Source: an uncultured Lachnospiraceae bacterium (lineage in GTDB: Bacteria > Bacillota > Clostridia > Lachnospirales > Lachnospiraceae). Taken from it: 64,000 nt of DNA. Shown here piece by piece: positions 48,003 to 57,675 of the stretch. The position numbers and the translations under genes are program-made. Location of the stretch: contig CAZVYQ010000004.1 in NCBI GenBank assembly GCA_964631375.1, forward strand, positions 12,910 through 76,909. Direction: 5' to 3'. Within the stretch, counting starts at the first letter, position 1; every line of letters begins with the position of its first letter. The notes under the pieces are model-generated. The model ran no database searches. It worked only from the letters and a program-made list of their open reading frames with translations, and was not told where the DNA came from.

Positions 48003-49814
48003 ATGTCAACAGACCAGACTAAAATCAGAAATTTTTGTATCATAGCCCATATCGACCATGGGAAATCTACTCTTGCAGACAGAATTATTGAAAAAACAGG
48101 ACTTTTGACCAGTCGTGAAATGCAGGCTCAGGTGCTGGACAACATGGATCTGGAGAGAGAACGCGGTATTACGATCAAGGCACAGACAGTCAGAACGGTT
48201 TACAAGGCGGCAGATGGGAATGAATATATCTTTAATCTGATCGATACCCCGGGACACGTGGATTTCAACTACGAGGTCAGCAGAAGCCTTGCAGCGTGTG
48301 ATGGTGCGATTTTGGTTGTAGATGCTGCACAAGGAATCGAAGCCCAGACGTTGGCAAATGTGTATCTCGCACTGGATCATGACCTTGATGTGTTTCCGGT
48401 GATTAATAAAATTGATCTCCCGAGTGCTGAGCCACAGCGTGTCATAGAAGAAATCGAGGACGTCATCGGAATAGAAGCAAAGGATGCCCCACTCATATCG
48501 GCAAAAAACGGCATCGGGATCGAGGAAGTACTGGAACAGATCGTCAAGAAGATTCCGGCACCGACAGGAGAGACTACAGCACCCTTAAAAGCATTGATCT
48601 TTGACTCTGTTTATGACCCATATAAGGGAGTTATTATTTTTTGTCGTCTGCGTGAAGGAACACTGAAAAAAGGGATGACGATTCGCATGATGGCAACCGG
48701 AGCACAGGCTGATGTTGTGGAGATCGGATATTTCGGCGCAGGGCAGTTTATTCCTTGTGATGAGCTGACAGCCGGTATGGTAGGCTATATCACTGCCAGT
48801 CTGAAGAATGTTCATGATACCAATGTTGGTGATACCGTAACAGATGCAGACAGACCGTGCTCAGAACCTTTGCCGGGATACAAAAAGGTACTTTCTATGG
48901 TTTATTGTGGACTCTATCCGGCAGATGGAGCAAAATATCCGGATCTGCGTGATGCTCTGGAGAAATTGCAGCTGAATGATGCTTCTCTTAATTATGAGCC
49001 TGAAACCTCTATTGCACTTGGTTTTGGATTTCGCTGTGGTTTTTTAGGACTGCTGCATCTGGAGATCATTCAAGAGAGACTGGAACGAGAATATAACCTG
49101 GATCTGGTTACGACAGCACCGGGAGTAATCTATAAAGTATACAAGACGAATGGTGATATTATAGAACTGACCAACCCATCCAATCTCCCGGACCCTTCGG
49201 AGATAGAGTACATGGAGGAGCCGATCGTCAGTGGTGAGATCATGGTGACAACAGAATTTATCGGGCCGATCATGGAACTGTGTCAGGAACGCAGGGGCAG
49301 ATATCTGGGCATGGAATATATGGAAGAAACCAGAGCATTGTTAAAATATGAACTTCCGTTGAATGAAATCATTTATGATTTCTTTGATGCCTTAAAATCC
49401 AGATCGAGAGGATATGCTTCTTTTGATTATGATATGAAGGGATATGAGAAATCCGATCTGGTTAAGTTGGACATCCTGATCAATCATGAGGAAGTAGATG
49501 CATTATCGTTTATCGTGCATTCTGCAACGGCCTATGAACGTGGAAGAAAGATGTGTGAGAGGCTCAAGGACGAGATACCGCGGCATTTGTTTGAAATACC
49601 GATACAGGCTGCAGTCGGTTCCAAGATCATTGCCCGAGAAACAGTCAAAGCAATGCGAAAGGACGTCTTAGCGAAATGCTATGGAGGCGATATCACCAGA
49701 AAGCGTAAACTATTGGAGAAGCAAAAAGAGGGAAAGAAACGTATGCGTCAGATCGGAAACGTAGAAATCCCACAGAAGGCATTTATGAGTGTCTTGAAGC
49801 TGGATGAATCATAG
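48003..49814 (+). CDS. lepA: Elongation factor 4
   Basis: [25 protein letters not shown]. The LepA-specific C-terminus is present. GGAGG lies 6 nt before the ATG at 48003. Confidence 0.95.
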   Translation: MSTDQTKIRNFCIIAHIDHGKSTLADRIIEKTGLLTSREMQAQVLDNMDLERERGITIKAQTVRTVYKAADGNEYIFNLIDTPGHVDFNYEVSRSLAACDGAILVVDAAQGIEAQTLANVYLALDHDLDVFPVINKIDLPSAEPQRVIEEIEDVIGIEAKDAPLISAKNGIGIEEVLEQIVKKIPAPTGETTAPLKALIFDSVYDPYKGVIIFCRLREGTLKKGMTIRMMATGAQADVVEIGYFGAGQFIPCDELTAGMVGYITASLKNVHDTNVGDTVTDADRPCSEPLPGYKKVLSMVYCGLYPADGAKYPDLRDALEKLQLNDASLNYEPETSIALGFGFRCGFLGLLHLEIIQERLEREYNLDLVTTAPGVIYKVYKTNGDIIELTNPSNLPDPSEIEYMEEPIVSGEIMVTTEFIGPIMELCQERRGRYLGMEYMEETRALLKYELPLNEIIYDFFDALKSRSRGYASFDYDMKGYEKSDLVKLDILINHEEVDALSFIVHSATAYERGRKMCERLKDEIPRHLFEIPIQAAVGSKIIARETVKAMRKDVLAKCYGGDITRKRKLLEKQKEGKKRMRQIGNVEIPQKAFMSVLKLDES

Positions 49815-50988
49815 TCAGCCGATCGGTATCTATGTACATATCCCGTTTTGTGTCCGTAAATGCCTGTATTGCGATTTTCTTTCATTTCCAATCGGAGAAA
49901 ATGGCAGGGAGACACAAAGTAAATCATTGTGTGATGCCTATTTAGAGGCATTGCAGGTAGAGATATGTTCTGCATCCAAAATGGTTAACATAAAAAACAA
50001 AGCAAGTGTACAATCTGTCTATATCGGAGGCGGGACACCGAGTATTTTGAACGAAGTTGACATAACAAATATATTATGTCAACTCCGTTCTTGTTTTTTG
50101 TTCACAGAGGATATTGAGATTACCATTGAAGTGAATCCGGGAACAGTTACAAAAGAGAAACTGGACGCCTACCGAAAAGCAGGTGTCAACAGACTCAGCA
50201 TTGGGTTACAATCCGCAAAAGAGGATGAATTAAAAAGACTTGGACGGATTCACTGTTTTCAAGAATTTTTATATACCTATCAGGCGGCAAGAGATGCAGG
50301 CTTTCAAAACGTGAATATTGACTTGATGACGGCTCTGCCGAGTCAGACAATGGAAGATCTGATAGAGACACTGAACCAGATGATTGCGTTACAACCGGAG
50401 CATGTTTCGGCGTACAGCCTGATCATCGAGGAGGGAACACCCTATGCAAAGATGTACCGAGAGGAACAGTTACCATGTGAAGAACTGGATCGAGACATGT
50501 ATGCGATGACGGGGAAACTGCTGGCAGCGGCTGGTTTACATCGATATGAAATATCCAATTATGCAAGGGAGGGTTATGAGAGCAGACACAATTCAGCATA
50601 CTGGAAGAGAACCCCATACCTTGGGATCGGGTTGGGTGCATCTTCTCTGCTTGATGAAACAAGGTGGAAGAACGAAGCAGACATACAGGCCTATATCCGG
50701 CAGGCTATGACTGCACACAAACCAAAGCGATATGAGGAGCAGATACTTACCAGACAGATGCAAACAGAGGAATACATGTTTCTGAGACTCCGAATGACGT
50801 GTGGCATCAGTACATCGCATTTTGAAGAGACATTTCACCAATCTGTTTATGAGGTATATGGAGATCGTATTCAGAAGCTGCTTGATGAGGGCCTGATGGA
50901 GAAGTATGTAGATGGAGGAATGGATATGCTGCGTTTGTCATTACGTGGAATCGATCTCAGTAATTATGTATTTTCCTGTTTCTTATAA
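49804..50988 (+). CDS. hemW: Radical SAM heme chaperone HemW (HemN-like)
   Basis: [16 protein letters not shown] CxxxCxxC motif. Conserved position after lepA. Confidence 0.85.
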   Translation: MNHSQPIGIYVHIPFCVRKCLYCDFLSFPIGENGRETQSKSLCDAYLEALQVEICSASKMVNIKNKASVQSVYIGGGTPSILNEVDITNILCQLRSCFLFTEDIEITIEVNPGTVTKEKLDAYRKAGVNRLSIGLQSAKEDELKRLGRIHCFQEFLYTYQAARDAGFQNVNIDLMTALPSQTMEDLIETLNQMIALQPEHVSAYSLIIEEGTPYAKMYREEQLPCEELDRDMYAMTGKLLAAAGLHRYEISNYAREGYESRHNSAYWKRTPYLGIGLGASSLLDETRWKNEADIQAYIRQAMTAHKPKRYEEQILTRQMQTEEYMFLRLRMTCGISTSHFEETFHQSVYEVYGDRIQKLLDEGLMEKYVDGGMDMLRLSLRGIDLSNYVFSCFL

Positions 50989-51043
50989 TTCATACTGTTC
51001 TAAACTTCGCGATGTAAATTATTCCATTTTTTCGACAAAACTC

Positions 51044-51072
51044 TTGTTATTTTATAGAAGAATTTGTATAAT
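51044..51072 (+). promoter_or_regulatory. Sigma-A-type promoter upstream of the large GGDEF-EAL gene
   Basis: TTGTTA, a 17-nt spacer, then TATAAT. Confidence 0.45.
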
Positions 51073-51120
51073 TGATATAGAGTCTTTTTCGATACATACC
51101 CGAGAGGAGCAGAACGTATT

Positions 51121-54100
51121 ATGCATAAAATCAGCGAAGATCTGTTTCAGAGTGCAATCGATCTGAATGAAACCATTGTATTCGAATATCACATCAAAGA
51201 GGATGTTATCAGCTTCTCGGAAAATGTTAAGAATCACATACCGCTTCCGCTGCGTGTCCCATGCTTTCTCGAGAAATTGGATGCAAGAGGAAAGATTCAT
51301 CAGGACGATGTCCAGAAGGCCATTGCCTTTTTCGGACTGCGGGAAGACATCAATAAAGTTCATATGGAGTATATCCGTTTTTTGGATTTCTCAGGAGAAT
51401 ATCTATGGTACCAGCTAAAGGGGCGTGTCATGAACGATGTGGCAGACGAGCCTGAATTGCTTTATGGTACCATTACTTATGTAGATGATGATGCAAAACA
51501 GGAGGCCGAACAGAAAAATGTAGAGCGTGATACCCTGACGCAGCTTCTGGGAGTCAATGCTTTTATAGCGGCAGTACAGGATTACATGTCAACAATACCG
51601 GAGGGTGTGATTCCCAACCTAATGGTAGTAGATGTAGATGATTTCAATTCATTGGTAGAGCTACATGGTGAGATGGTTGGTGACAGTGTGTTGGTTGAGG
51701 TTGCCAAGATACTGAGACGTGCATTCAGGGCAGCTGATATCATTGGCCGATTGGAGGGCGACCGTTTTGCTGTCTTTATGAAGGGAGTCAGGACACCGCA
51801 TATCCTTTTGGAACGAGCTGCATACATTTGCCAGACGGTCAAGGATGTATGGAATGATTATGAGACCGAATGTGGGATGTCGGTCAGTGTCGGAATAGCT
51901 TCTATGTTTACAGAGGAGGCTGATTTTCCAAAACTATATGAGAAGACACTTCTTGCACTCAGAGATGCCAAGTCCAGTGGGAAGGATACTTACATACTCT
52001 ATGCAAACGATATGGAACGGATGGATTCGACGGTCAATCCGATTTTGAGTTCCAAGGAGATGGAACTGGTTCGTAATATCTTAAATCCCATGTGTGCGTG
52101 GGCATATGCAGTAGATGAAAATTACCAGCTACTGTATCGAAACGACCTGTTACAGGATCGCATTGGAAATGAAGGCTGCGGGATCTGCTATGTGCAGAAT
52201 AAGGGCTATGACGAGCCATGTCCTGATTGTCCGTTGAAGAAGATACAACAAAAGGATACCTCTATAGATTCTGAGGTTTATTCACCTTCTCTTCGCACCA
52301 TGCTGCCGATGCGGACGACAAAGATCATGATGCGTAATGGAAAGCCTGTTTATCTGCTGGCATCCGTGCGAGAGGACATCGATGTTCAGATCGCAACGCT
52401 CAATGAGAGTACGGAACGTTTTCAAGAGGCGATCTATGCGATTCAGGATATCATCTGGGATGTTAATTTGCTCAAGAATACCTGTGTCAGGATCAAAGAA
52501 GATAATGTGATGTCGGTGGTAGAGTCACGTATCGACAATTATGAGAAACTGAGAGAGTTTTACAAGGAACGCGTTGTATACCCCGAAGATTTGGAGGAAT
52601 TCAATCAGGCAACCGACCCCGGATATTTGCGTGAGGCAGTTAAGCAAGGCAAACAGATCATCTGTAAGGAGGTCAGACTACATACCAGCGAGGATGAATA
52701 CTCTTGGTACGCGTTTTATACTGCTCTTGATACAGAGGACGCAAGTGGAGATATGCGTGTGTTTATCGTTGCATTAAATGTAAACGATTCCAAGAAACGA
52801 TATCTGTCCATGATCGAAACCAATATTAAATACGAGTTGATGATGCATCAGAGTTCCTTCCAGAAGGAGATGGCACTCAACAACGAACGCTATGAAAATG
52901 TCAACGAAATGACAGGTGTGCTTGTCTTTGAATACAATAAACTAAATGGTCTGTATTATATGTGTTCGATGTTTGATGAGGTGTTTAAGGTTGATAAGAA
53001 GATGCTGGATCACGAGTGGGCATTGATTGACAGCCTGACGTGCCACGTAGAGGATACAGAGGTATTCGAGAACTTTAAGACACGCTGCAAGGAAGAAAAT
53101 CAGACACAAAAGGTTACGGTTCGTCTATATAATAAGTATGGAACAGCCATCTGGTTTACTGTGATATTACAGGTGCTGAGGGGATTGAACAATGAACCGA
53201 TCCGATATCTGGGTACACTGCAAAATGTGAATGCAGAGATGGAAGTCAAGGTCGAGATGGAATACCGTGCCGATTATGATTCCCTGACGGGTCTATATAA
53301 CAGTGAAGCATTTTATCGTAGAGCATCAGAATTGATTCATCTGAATACGGACAGCAATTTTGTCATGATTTCAGTCGATATTGACAGATTCCGCATCATC
53401 AACGACCGGTTTGGTATTGATGCAGGAAACAAGAGTCTGCAGTGCCTTGGAAAAGCAATTAAGGATGTTGCACCAAAGGACTCGATCGCCAAACGTTATC
53501 AGGCAGACACCTTCAGTATTTTATTATGCTATGAAGGAGATCAGAACATACTGGATTATATGACACGACTGTCTGACAAGGCAGCAGAGTATTTTGAGAA
53601 GCAATGGAATGTATCACTGGCATTTGGGATCTATAAGATCGTCGATCACAATCTGCCCATTCGTCTGATGTGTGACAGAGCCAGACTGGTTAAAAAACAG
53701 ATCAAGGGAAGTACGTTGGCTAATTATGCTGTCTATGATGACAAGATACGGTTGCAGCAGCGAGAACAGGCAGAGATTGAGAGCGAAATGAATGCTGCCC
53801 TAATCAACGGAGAGTTCGAAATGTTCCTCCAGCCAAAGGTCGATGTCAACACCGGACAGATCAACGGAGCAGAAGCACTTGTCCGCTGGAGACATCCGAT
53901 TCGTGGGATCAGGGTACCGGCTACATTCTTGGATCTGTTTGAAAGCAATGGCTTTATCACCAAGCTGGATGTATATATATGGGAAGAAGCCTGCAAATGT
54001 ATCGCACAGCTTCGGGATATGGGTATTACAATGCCAATATCGGTAAATATTTCGCGGATTCATATCAACAATACCGATCTGGTAGAGACACTGCTAGGCT

Positions 54101-54540
54101 TAGTACATAAGTATGATCTGACACCGGATCTGCTTGAATTGGAAATAACAGAAAATCTTTTTATTGATGATGTAACGGCACTGTTTGAACAGATGAATAA
54201 ACTGAAGGCAGCAGGCTTTATCATTCAGATGGATGATTTTGGATCAGGCTACTCTTCTCTGAATATGTTAAGAAGGGCTCCGGTAGATGTGCTGAAGATA
54301 GACCGTTTTTTCCTGGACGAAATCATGGCAACCGAACGAGGCCGCATTATTGTGGAGACATCGGTAAGAATGGCAAAGCAACTGGAGCTGATAGTGGTTG
54401 CAGAGGGCGTAGAGACAAAGGATCAGTTGGATTTCCTAAAGGGAATCCATTGCGATACGGCACAGGGCTTCTATTTTTCAAAACCGGTTCCAAAAGACGA
54501 ATTCCTGACTCTGATTACCGAGGGAGATATTTCCGAATAA
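51121..54540 (+). CDS. Multidomain c-di-GMP protein: PAS-like, degenerate GGDEF, Cys4 motif, PAS-like repeats, degenerate GGDEF, EAL
   Basis: The first GGDEF-position motif is LEGDRF, with RAAD five residues upstream. The second is YQADTF. The EAL domain has EALVRW, VNISR, ELEITEN, DDFGSGYSSL, KIDRFF, EGVET and QGFYF. Confidence 0.8.
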   Translation: MHKISEDLFQSAIDLNETIVFEYHIKEDVISFSENVKNHIPLPLRVPCFLEKLDARGKIHQDDVQKAIAFFGLREDINKVHMEYIRFLDFSGEYLWYQLKGRVMNDVADEPELLYGTITYVDDDAKQEAEQKNVERDTLTQLLGVNAFIAAVQDYMSTIPEGVIPNLMVVDVDDFNSLVELHGEMVGDSVLVEVAKILRRAFRAADIIGRLEGDRFAVFMKGVRTPHILLERAAYICQTVKDVWNDYETECGMSVSVGIASMFTEEADFPKLYEKTLLALRDAKSSGKDTYILYANDMERMDSTVNPILSSKEMELVRNILNPMCAWAYAVDENYQLLYRNDLLQDRIGNEGCGICYVQNKGYDEPCPDCPLKKIQQKDTSIDSEVYSPSLRTMLPMRTTKIMMRNGKPVYLLASVREDIDVQIATLNESTERFQEAIYAIQDIIWDVNLLKNTCVRIKEDNVMSVVESRIDNYEKLREFYKERVVYPEDLEEFNQATDPGYLREAVKQGKQIICKEVRLHTSEDEYSWYAFYTALDTEDASGDMRVFIVALNVNDSKKRYLSMIETNIKYELMMHQSSFQKEMALNNERYENVNEMTGVLVFEYNKLNGLYYMCSMFDEVFKVDKKMLDHEWALIDSLTCHVEDTEVFENFKTRCKEENQTQKVTVRLYNKYGTAIWFTVILQVLRGLNNEPIRYLGTLQNVNAEMEVKVEMEYRADYDSLTGLYNSEAFYRRASELIHLNTDSNFVMISVDIDRFRIINDRFGIDAGNKSLQCLGKAIKDVAPKDSIAKRYQADTFSILLCYEGDQNILDYMTRLSDKAAEYFEKQWNVSLAFGIYKIVDHNLPIRLMCDRARLVKKQIKGSTLANYAVYDDKIRLQQREQAEIESEMNAALINGEFEMFLQPKVDVNTGQINGAEALVRWRHPIRGIRVPATFLDLFESNGFITKLDVYIWEEACKCIAQLRDMGITMPISVNISRIHINNTDLVETLLGLVHKYDLTPDLLELEITENLFIDDVTALFEQMNKLKAAGFIIQMDDFGSGYSSLNMLRRAPVDVLKIDRFFLDEIMATERGRIIVETSVRMAKQLELIVVAEGVETKDQLDFLKGIHCDTAQGFYFSKPVPKDEFLTLITEGDISE

Positions 54541-54561
54541 ATTAATATTTTATGGAAAGGC

Positions 54562-54588
54562 ACTTTGAAGCAGGAGCATTCATACAAT
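54562..54588 (+). promoter_or_regulatory. Candidate mother-cell sporulation promoter (sigma-E/sigma-K type) for sigK
   Basis: AC, 17 nt, then CATACAAT, about 22 nt upstream of the first possible start codon. This compares with the -10 consensus CATACA-T / CATA---TA. Confidence 0.35.
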
Positions 54589-54609
54589 GTATAAAACCGT
54601 AGCTTTGAG

Positions 54610-55242
54610 GTGCTTTTTTTGAAGGCTTTTAAGAAACCGCTGACGGCGGAGGAGGAGCACAAGTATGTGGAACTGTATCGTCAGGGAGACGAGGAAGCAA
54701 AAAATATCCTGATCGAACGGAATCTGAGACTTGTGGCACACATTGTCAAGAAGTACCAGTATTTAAAAGAAGATACGGAGGATCTAATCTCGATCGGGAC
54801 GATCGGACTGATCAAGGCCGTGACGACCTTTGATGCTAAGAAGGGCAGCAGATTGGCAACCTATGCGGCCAGATGTATTGATAATGAATTGCTGATGATG
54901 TTTCGGGGCAGGAAAAAGAGCAGTAGAGATATATCGATTTATGAACCGATTGGGACAGATAAGGAAGGCAATGAGATCAGTCTGCTCGATATCATCGAGA
55001 GTCCACCCGAAGATGTTGTTGAGCGAATGGAACTTGCGAGTAATATAGAAAAGTTGTATGATTATGTAGAGAATCATCTTACAGAAAGAGAACAGGAAAT
55101 AATAAAGCTCAGATACGGTCTTTTCCAGGGGGAGGAAAGTACGCAGAGGGAGATTGGTGCGAAGCTCGGAATATCCAGAAGCTATGTGTCACGAATCGAG
55201 AAAAAAGCTTTATGGAAGTTAAGAGAGGCGTTTACCAGATGA
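54610..55242 (+). CDS. sigK: Sporulation sigma factor SigK, without an N-terminal pro-sequence
   Basis: NLRLVAHIVKKY, DLISIGTIGLIKAV, LATYAARCIDNE and ISRSYVSRIEKKAL closely follow B. subtilis SigK. An in-frame TAA at 54592-54594 limits the N-terminus. Likely start is the TTG at 54619, 8 nt after GAGG. Confidence 0.85.
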   Translation: MLFLKAFKKPLTAEEEHKYVELYRQGDEEAKNILIERNLRLVAHIVKKYQYLKEDTEDLISIGTIGLIKAVTTFDAKKGSRLATYAARCIDNELLMMFRGRKKSSRDISIYEPIGTDKEGNEISLLDIIESPPEDVVERMELASNIEKLYDYVENHLTEREQEIIKLRYGLFQGEESTQREIGAKLGISRSYVSRIEKKALWKLREAFTR

Positions 55243-56474
55243 AGGACAGAAAAAAAGTCATTATGGGCATTGTGATCGGGCTGTTGTCGGTCGCAGTTGT
55301 ATGTGAGTCGTGTATGCTGTTTGGCTATCGAAACCGTTCGGTCACTGCTGCAAAGCAGATTGAGACTTTACAGGATGAGGTGGAAGCCACTCCACTGACG
55401 AATAAAATCAATTCGATCAGAGAACTGATGGATCATTATTATCTATATGATATCGACGAGACAGCCATACGTGAAGGCTTATTGAAGGGCATGCTTTGGG
55501 GGCTGGGCGATCTTTATTCCACTTATTATACAGCCGAAGAAATGGAAGATATTAATCAGGATACTACAGCACAGTATTCTGGGATTGGTGCGGTCTTGAC
55601 GCTGGACGCAGAGTATGGGATGTGTATGGTTGTAAAGACATACGAGGACAGTCCCAGTGCAGAGTCCGGTATGCTTGCAGGTGACTACATTACAGAGGTC
55701 AACGGTGAAGATGTGACAGCCATGGATCTTTCGACGATTGTCACACGGATCAAGGGCGAAGAAGGAACTGCGGTCAAGATCAAGATCTATCGAAAGAGTA
55801 TAGAAGATTATATTACACTGGATATGAAACGCCGTAAGGTAGAGATTCCTTCTGTTGCGGGGGAGATGTTGCCGGATCAGGTTGGTTACATTATGATCGA
55901 ATCCTGGGATATGCTGACGGCTTCACAATTTGTTGAGATCTTCAACGACCTTGGAAAACAGGGTATGCAGAGTTTGGTCATTGATGTCAGAAATAATCCC
56001 GGTGGGCTGGTTCAGGCGTCATGTGATGTGCTGGATCTGTTTGTCAAGGATGGTGGCAAGTTAGTATATACCGTAGATAAGGATGGAAATGAAAAGGACT
56101 ACATAGCTGATGACAAGACAGATCTGGATATTCCACTTGTAGTGTTGGTCAATGGTCATTCGGCATCCTCCTCAGAGATCTTTGCCGGTGGCATCAGAGA
56201 CTATCAGGCTGGGACGTTGGTAGGAGAAAAGACCTTCGGAAAAGGTATCGTTCAGAATATCATCGACATCGGAGATGGCGAAGCCATTAAAATGACAGTG
56301 GCAGAGTATTATCTGCCAAGCGGTGTCTGCATTCATGGAGAAGGTGTAGAGCCAAATGTTGAAGAAGTGTTGGATGAGGAGCTTGCAAGCAAAGCATCCT
56401 TTACACATGAAGAAGATAATCAATTACAAAGGGCATTGGAGATACTAAAGGAGAAGACACAGAACAATCAGTAA
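55239..56474 (+). CDS. S41-family carboxy-terminal processing peptidase (CtpA/CtpB-like) with a PDZ domain
   Basis: N-terminal TM helix, PDZ region, NPGGLV, VNGHSASSSEIFAG, GEKTFGKG. The ATG overlaps the sigK stop (ATGA). Confidence 0.85.
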   Translation: MKDRKKVIMGIVIGLLSVAVVCESCMLFGYRNRSVTAAKQIETLQDEVEATPLTNKINSIRELMDHYYLYDIDETAIREGLLKGMLWGLGDLYSTYYTAEEMEDINQDTTAQYSGIGAVLTLDAEYGMCMVVKTYEDSPSAESGMLAGDYITEVNGEDVTAMDLSTIVTRIKGEEGTAVKIKIYRKSIEDYITLDMKRRKVEIPSVAGEMLPDQVGYIMIESWDMLTASQFVEIFNDLGKQGMQSLVIDVRNNPGGLVQASCDVLDLFVKDGGKLVYTVDKDGNEKDYIADDKTDLDIPLVVLVNGHSASSSEIFAGGIRDYQAGTLVGEKTFGKGIVQNIIDIGDGEAIKMTVAEYYLPSGVCIHGEGVEPNVEEVLDEELASKASFTHEEDNQLQRALEILKEKTQNNQ

Positions 56475-56521
56475 ATCAGGTATGGCAGAAGGCTTGATGG
56501 AACACGCAGGAGGGGAACGGG

Positions 56522-57658
56522 ATGTTATTCATCAGACAGGAAGATCTAAAGATTGGAATGAGACTTGCAAAGCCGATTTATAACAAAAAAGGAGTGCTTT
56601 TGTACGACAGAAATTCGAAATTGACACAACAGGGCATCGAATCTGTCAAGAATTTTGGACTGATCGGAATCTACATACTGGAACCGGCAGAGCCACTGCC
56701 ACCGATGACACAGGATGACATTAACTTTGAACGATTCCAGACAATGAGTGTATTTTCGATTCAGGAGGAGCTACAGTACATTAGTGAAAAGCAAAAATAT
56801 CAAAAGCTCCCGACAATAGCAGATACCGTGATCAAGGAATATGGTCATTTGGAGCGCAAGATTAATTTTGTGCAGAATCTGCGGAGTAACGAAGACTATA
56901 TTTACAAGCATTCATTGAATGTTGCTATTTTATGTTCTCTGATAGCACATAAAATGAATCTGTATTATGAAGAGATGAAGGATACGATTGAGGCAGCAGT
57001 GGTGCATGATATCGGTAAGCTGAGTATCAACCCGGAGATCCTTAAAAAAGGCAGTCAATTAAGTGATACAGAGCGTGCCAATGCGAGACATTGTGAGTTT
57101 ATCGGTCTGGATCTGGTAGAACAGGCTTGCCGTTTGTTGTCGCCCAATATTAAGAGAGTGGCACATCAGGCCTATATGCAGTTGGATAATTTCAGGAGTG
57201 GGAAGTCGGTAGATATGGTAAAGACGATGAAAAGCTCCAAGGTTCTGATGGTAGCAGAGGTCTTTGATACCATGACAGCGATGAGCTATGGGGCTGAACC
57301 CTCCTCAGAGGTTGCTGCCCTGCGGTTTCTGATGGAGCATCCGGAGGCATTTGATGAGCAGGTGGTAGATGCACTGATCAATAGTGTGAATTTCCTGAGT
57401 GAGGGGTGTTGCGTCGAATTGTCAAACGGAGAAAAGGGACTGGTATTGTCAGCGAATGATGATGATATTCTAAGACCAATGATTCTTTTATTTAAGGACA
57501 ACTCCATCATTGATCTGCGGCAACAGCTGCTTTATAACGACCTTGAAATCAAGGATATCATGAAGACACTGGATAACAGGCATGTCATGAATGAAGAAGT
57601 GGCCAGACAATATATGACCGGTGAACAGGCTGATACGATTGATGCAACAGAGAATTAA
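56522..57658 (+). CDS. HD-GYP-like domain protein lacking the GYP motif
   Basis: HSLNVAIL...VHDIGK are retained. At the position of HHE..DG.GYP the sequence reads HQAYMQLDNFRSG. The N-terminal region is typical of HD-GYP proteins. Confidence 0.6.
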   Translation: MLFIRQEDLKIGMRLAKPIYNKKGVLLYDRNSKLTQQGIESVKNFGLIGIYILEPAEPLPPMTQDDINFERFQTMSVFSIQEELQYISEKQKYQKLPTIADTVIKEYGHLERKINFVQNLRSNEDYIYKHSLNVAILCSLIAHKMNLYYEEMKDTIEAAVVHDIGKLSINPEILKKGSQLSDTERANARHCEFIGLDLVEQACRLLSPNIKRVAHQAYMQLDNFRSGKSVDMVKTMKSSKVLMVAEVFDTMTAMSYGAEPSSEVAALRFLMEHPEAFDEQVVDALINSVNFLSEGCCVELSNGEKGLVLSANDDDILRPMILLFKDNSIIDLRQQLLYNDLEIKDIMKTLDNRHVMNEEVARQYMTGEQADTIDATEN

Positions 57659-57675
57659 GAGCCGGAGGCACGATC

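Noticed and set aside
51052-51363. 103-aa minus-strand ORF over the promoter and 5' end of the large GGDEF-EAL gene
   Set aside because: It overlaps a good promoter, an RBS and a coding start on the plus strand. It has no supporting signals of its own.
54541-55242. Possibility that sigK is split by a skin-like element or truncated
   Set aside because: Regions 2 through 4 are all present in one uninterrupted 210-aa frame, ending with the region 4.2 helix-turn-helix. Only the pro-sequence is missing.
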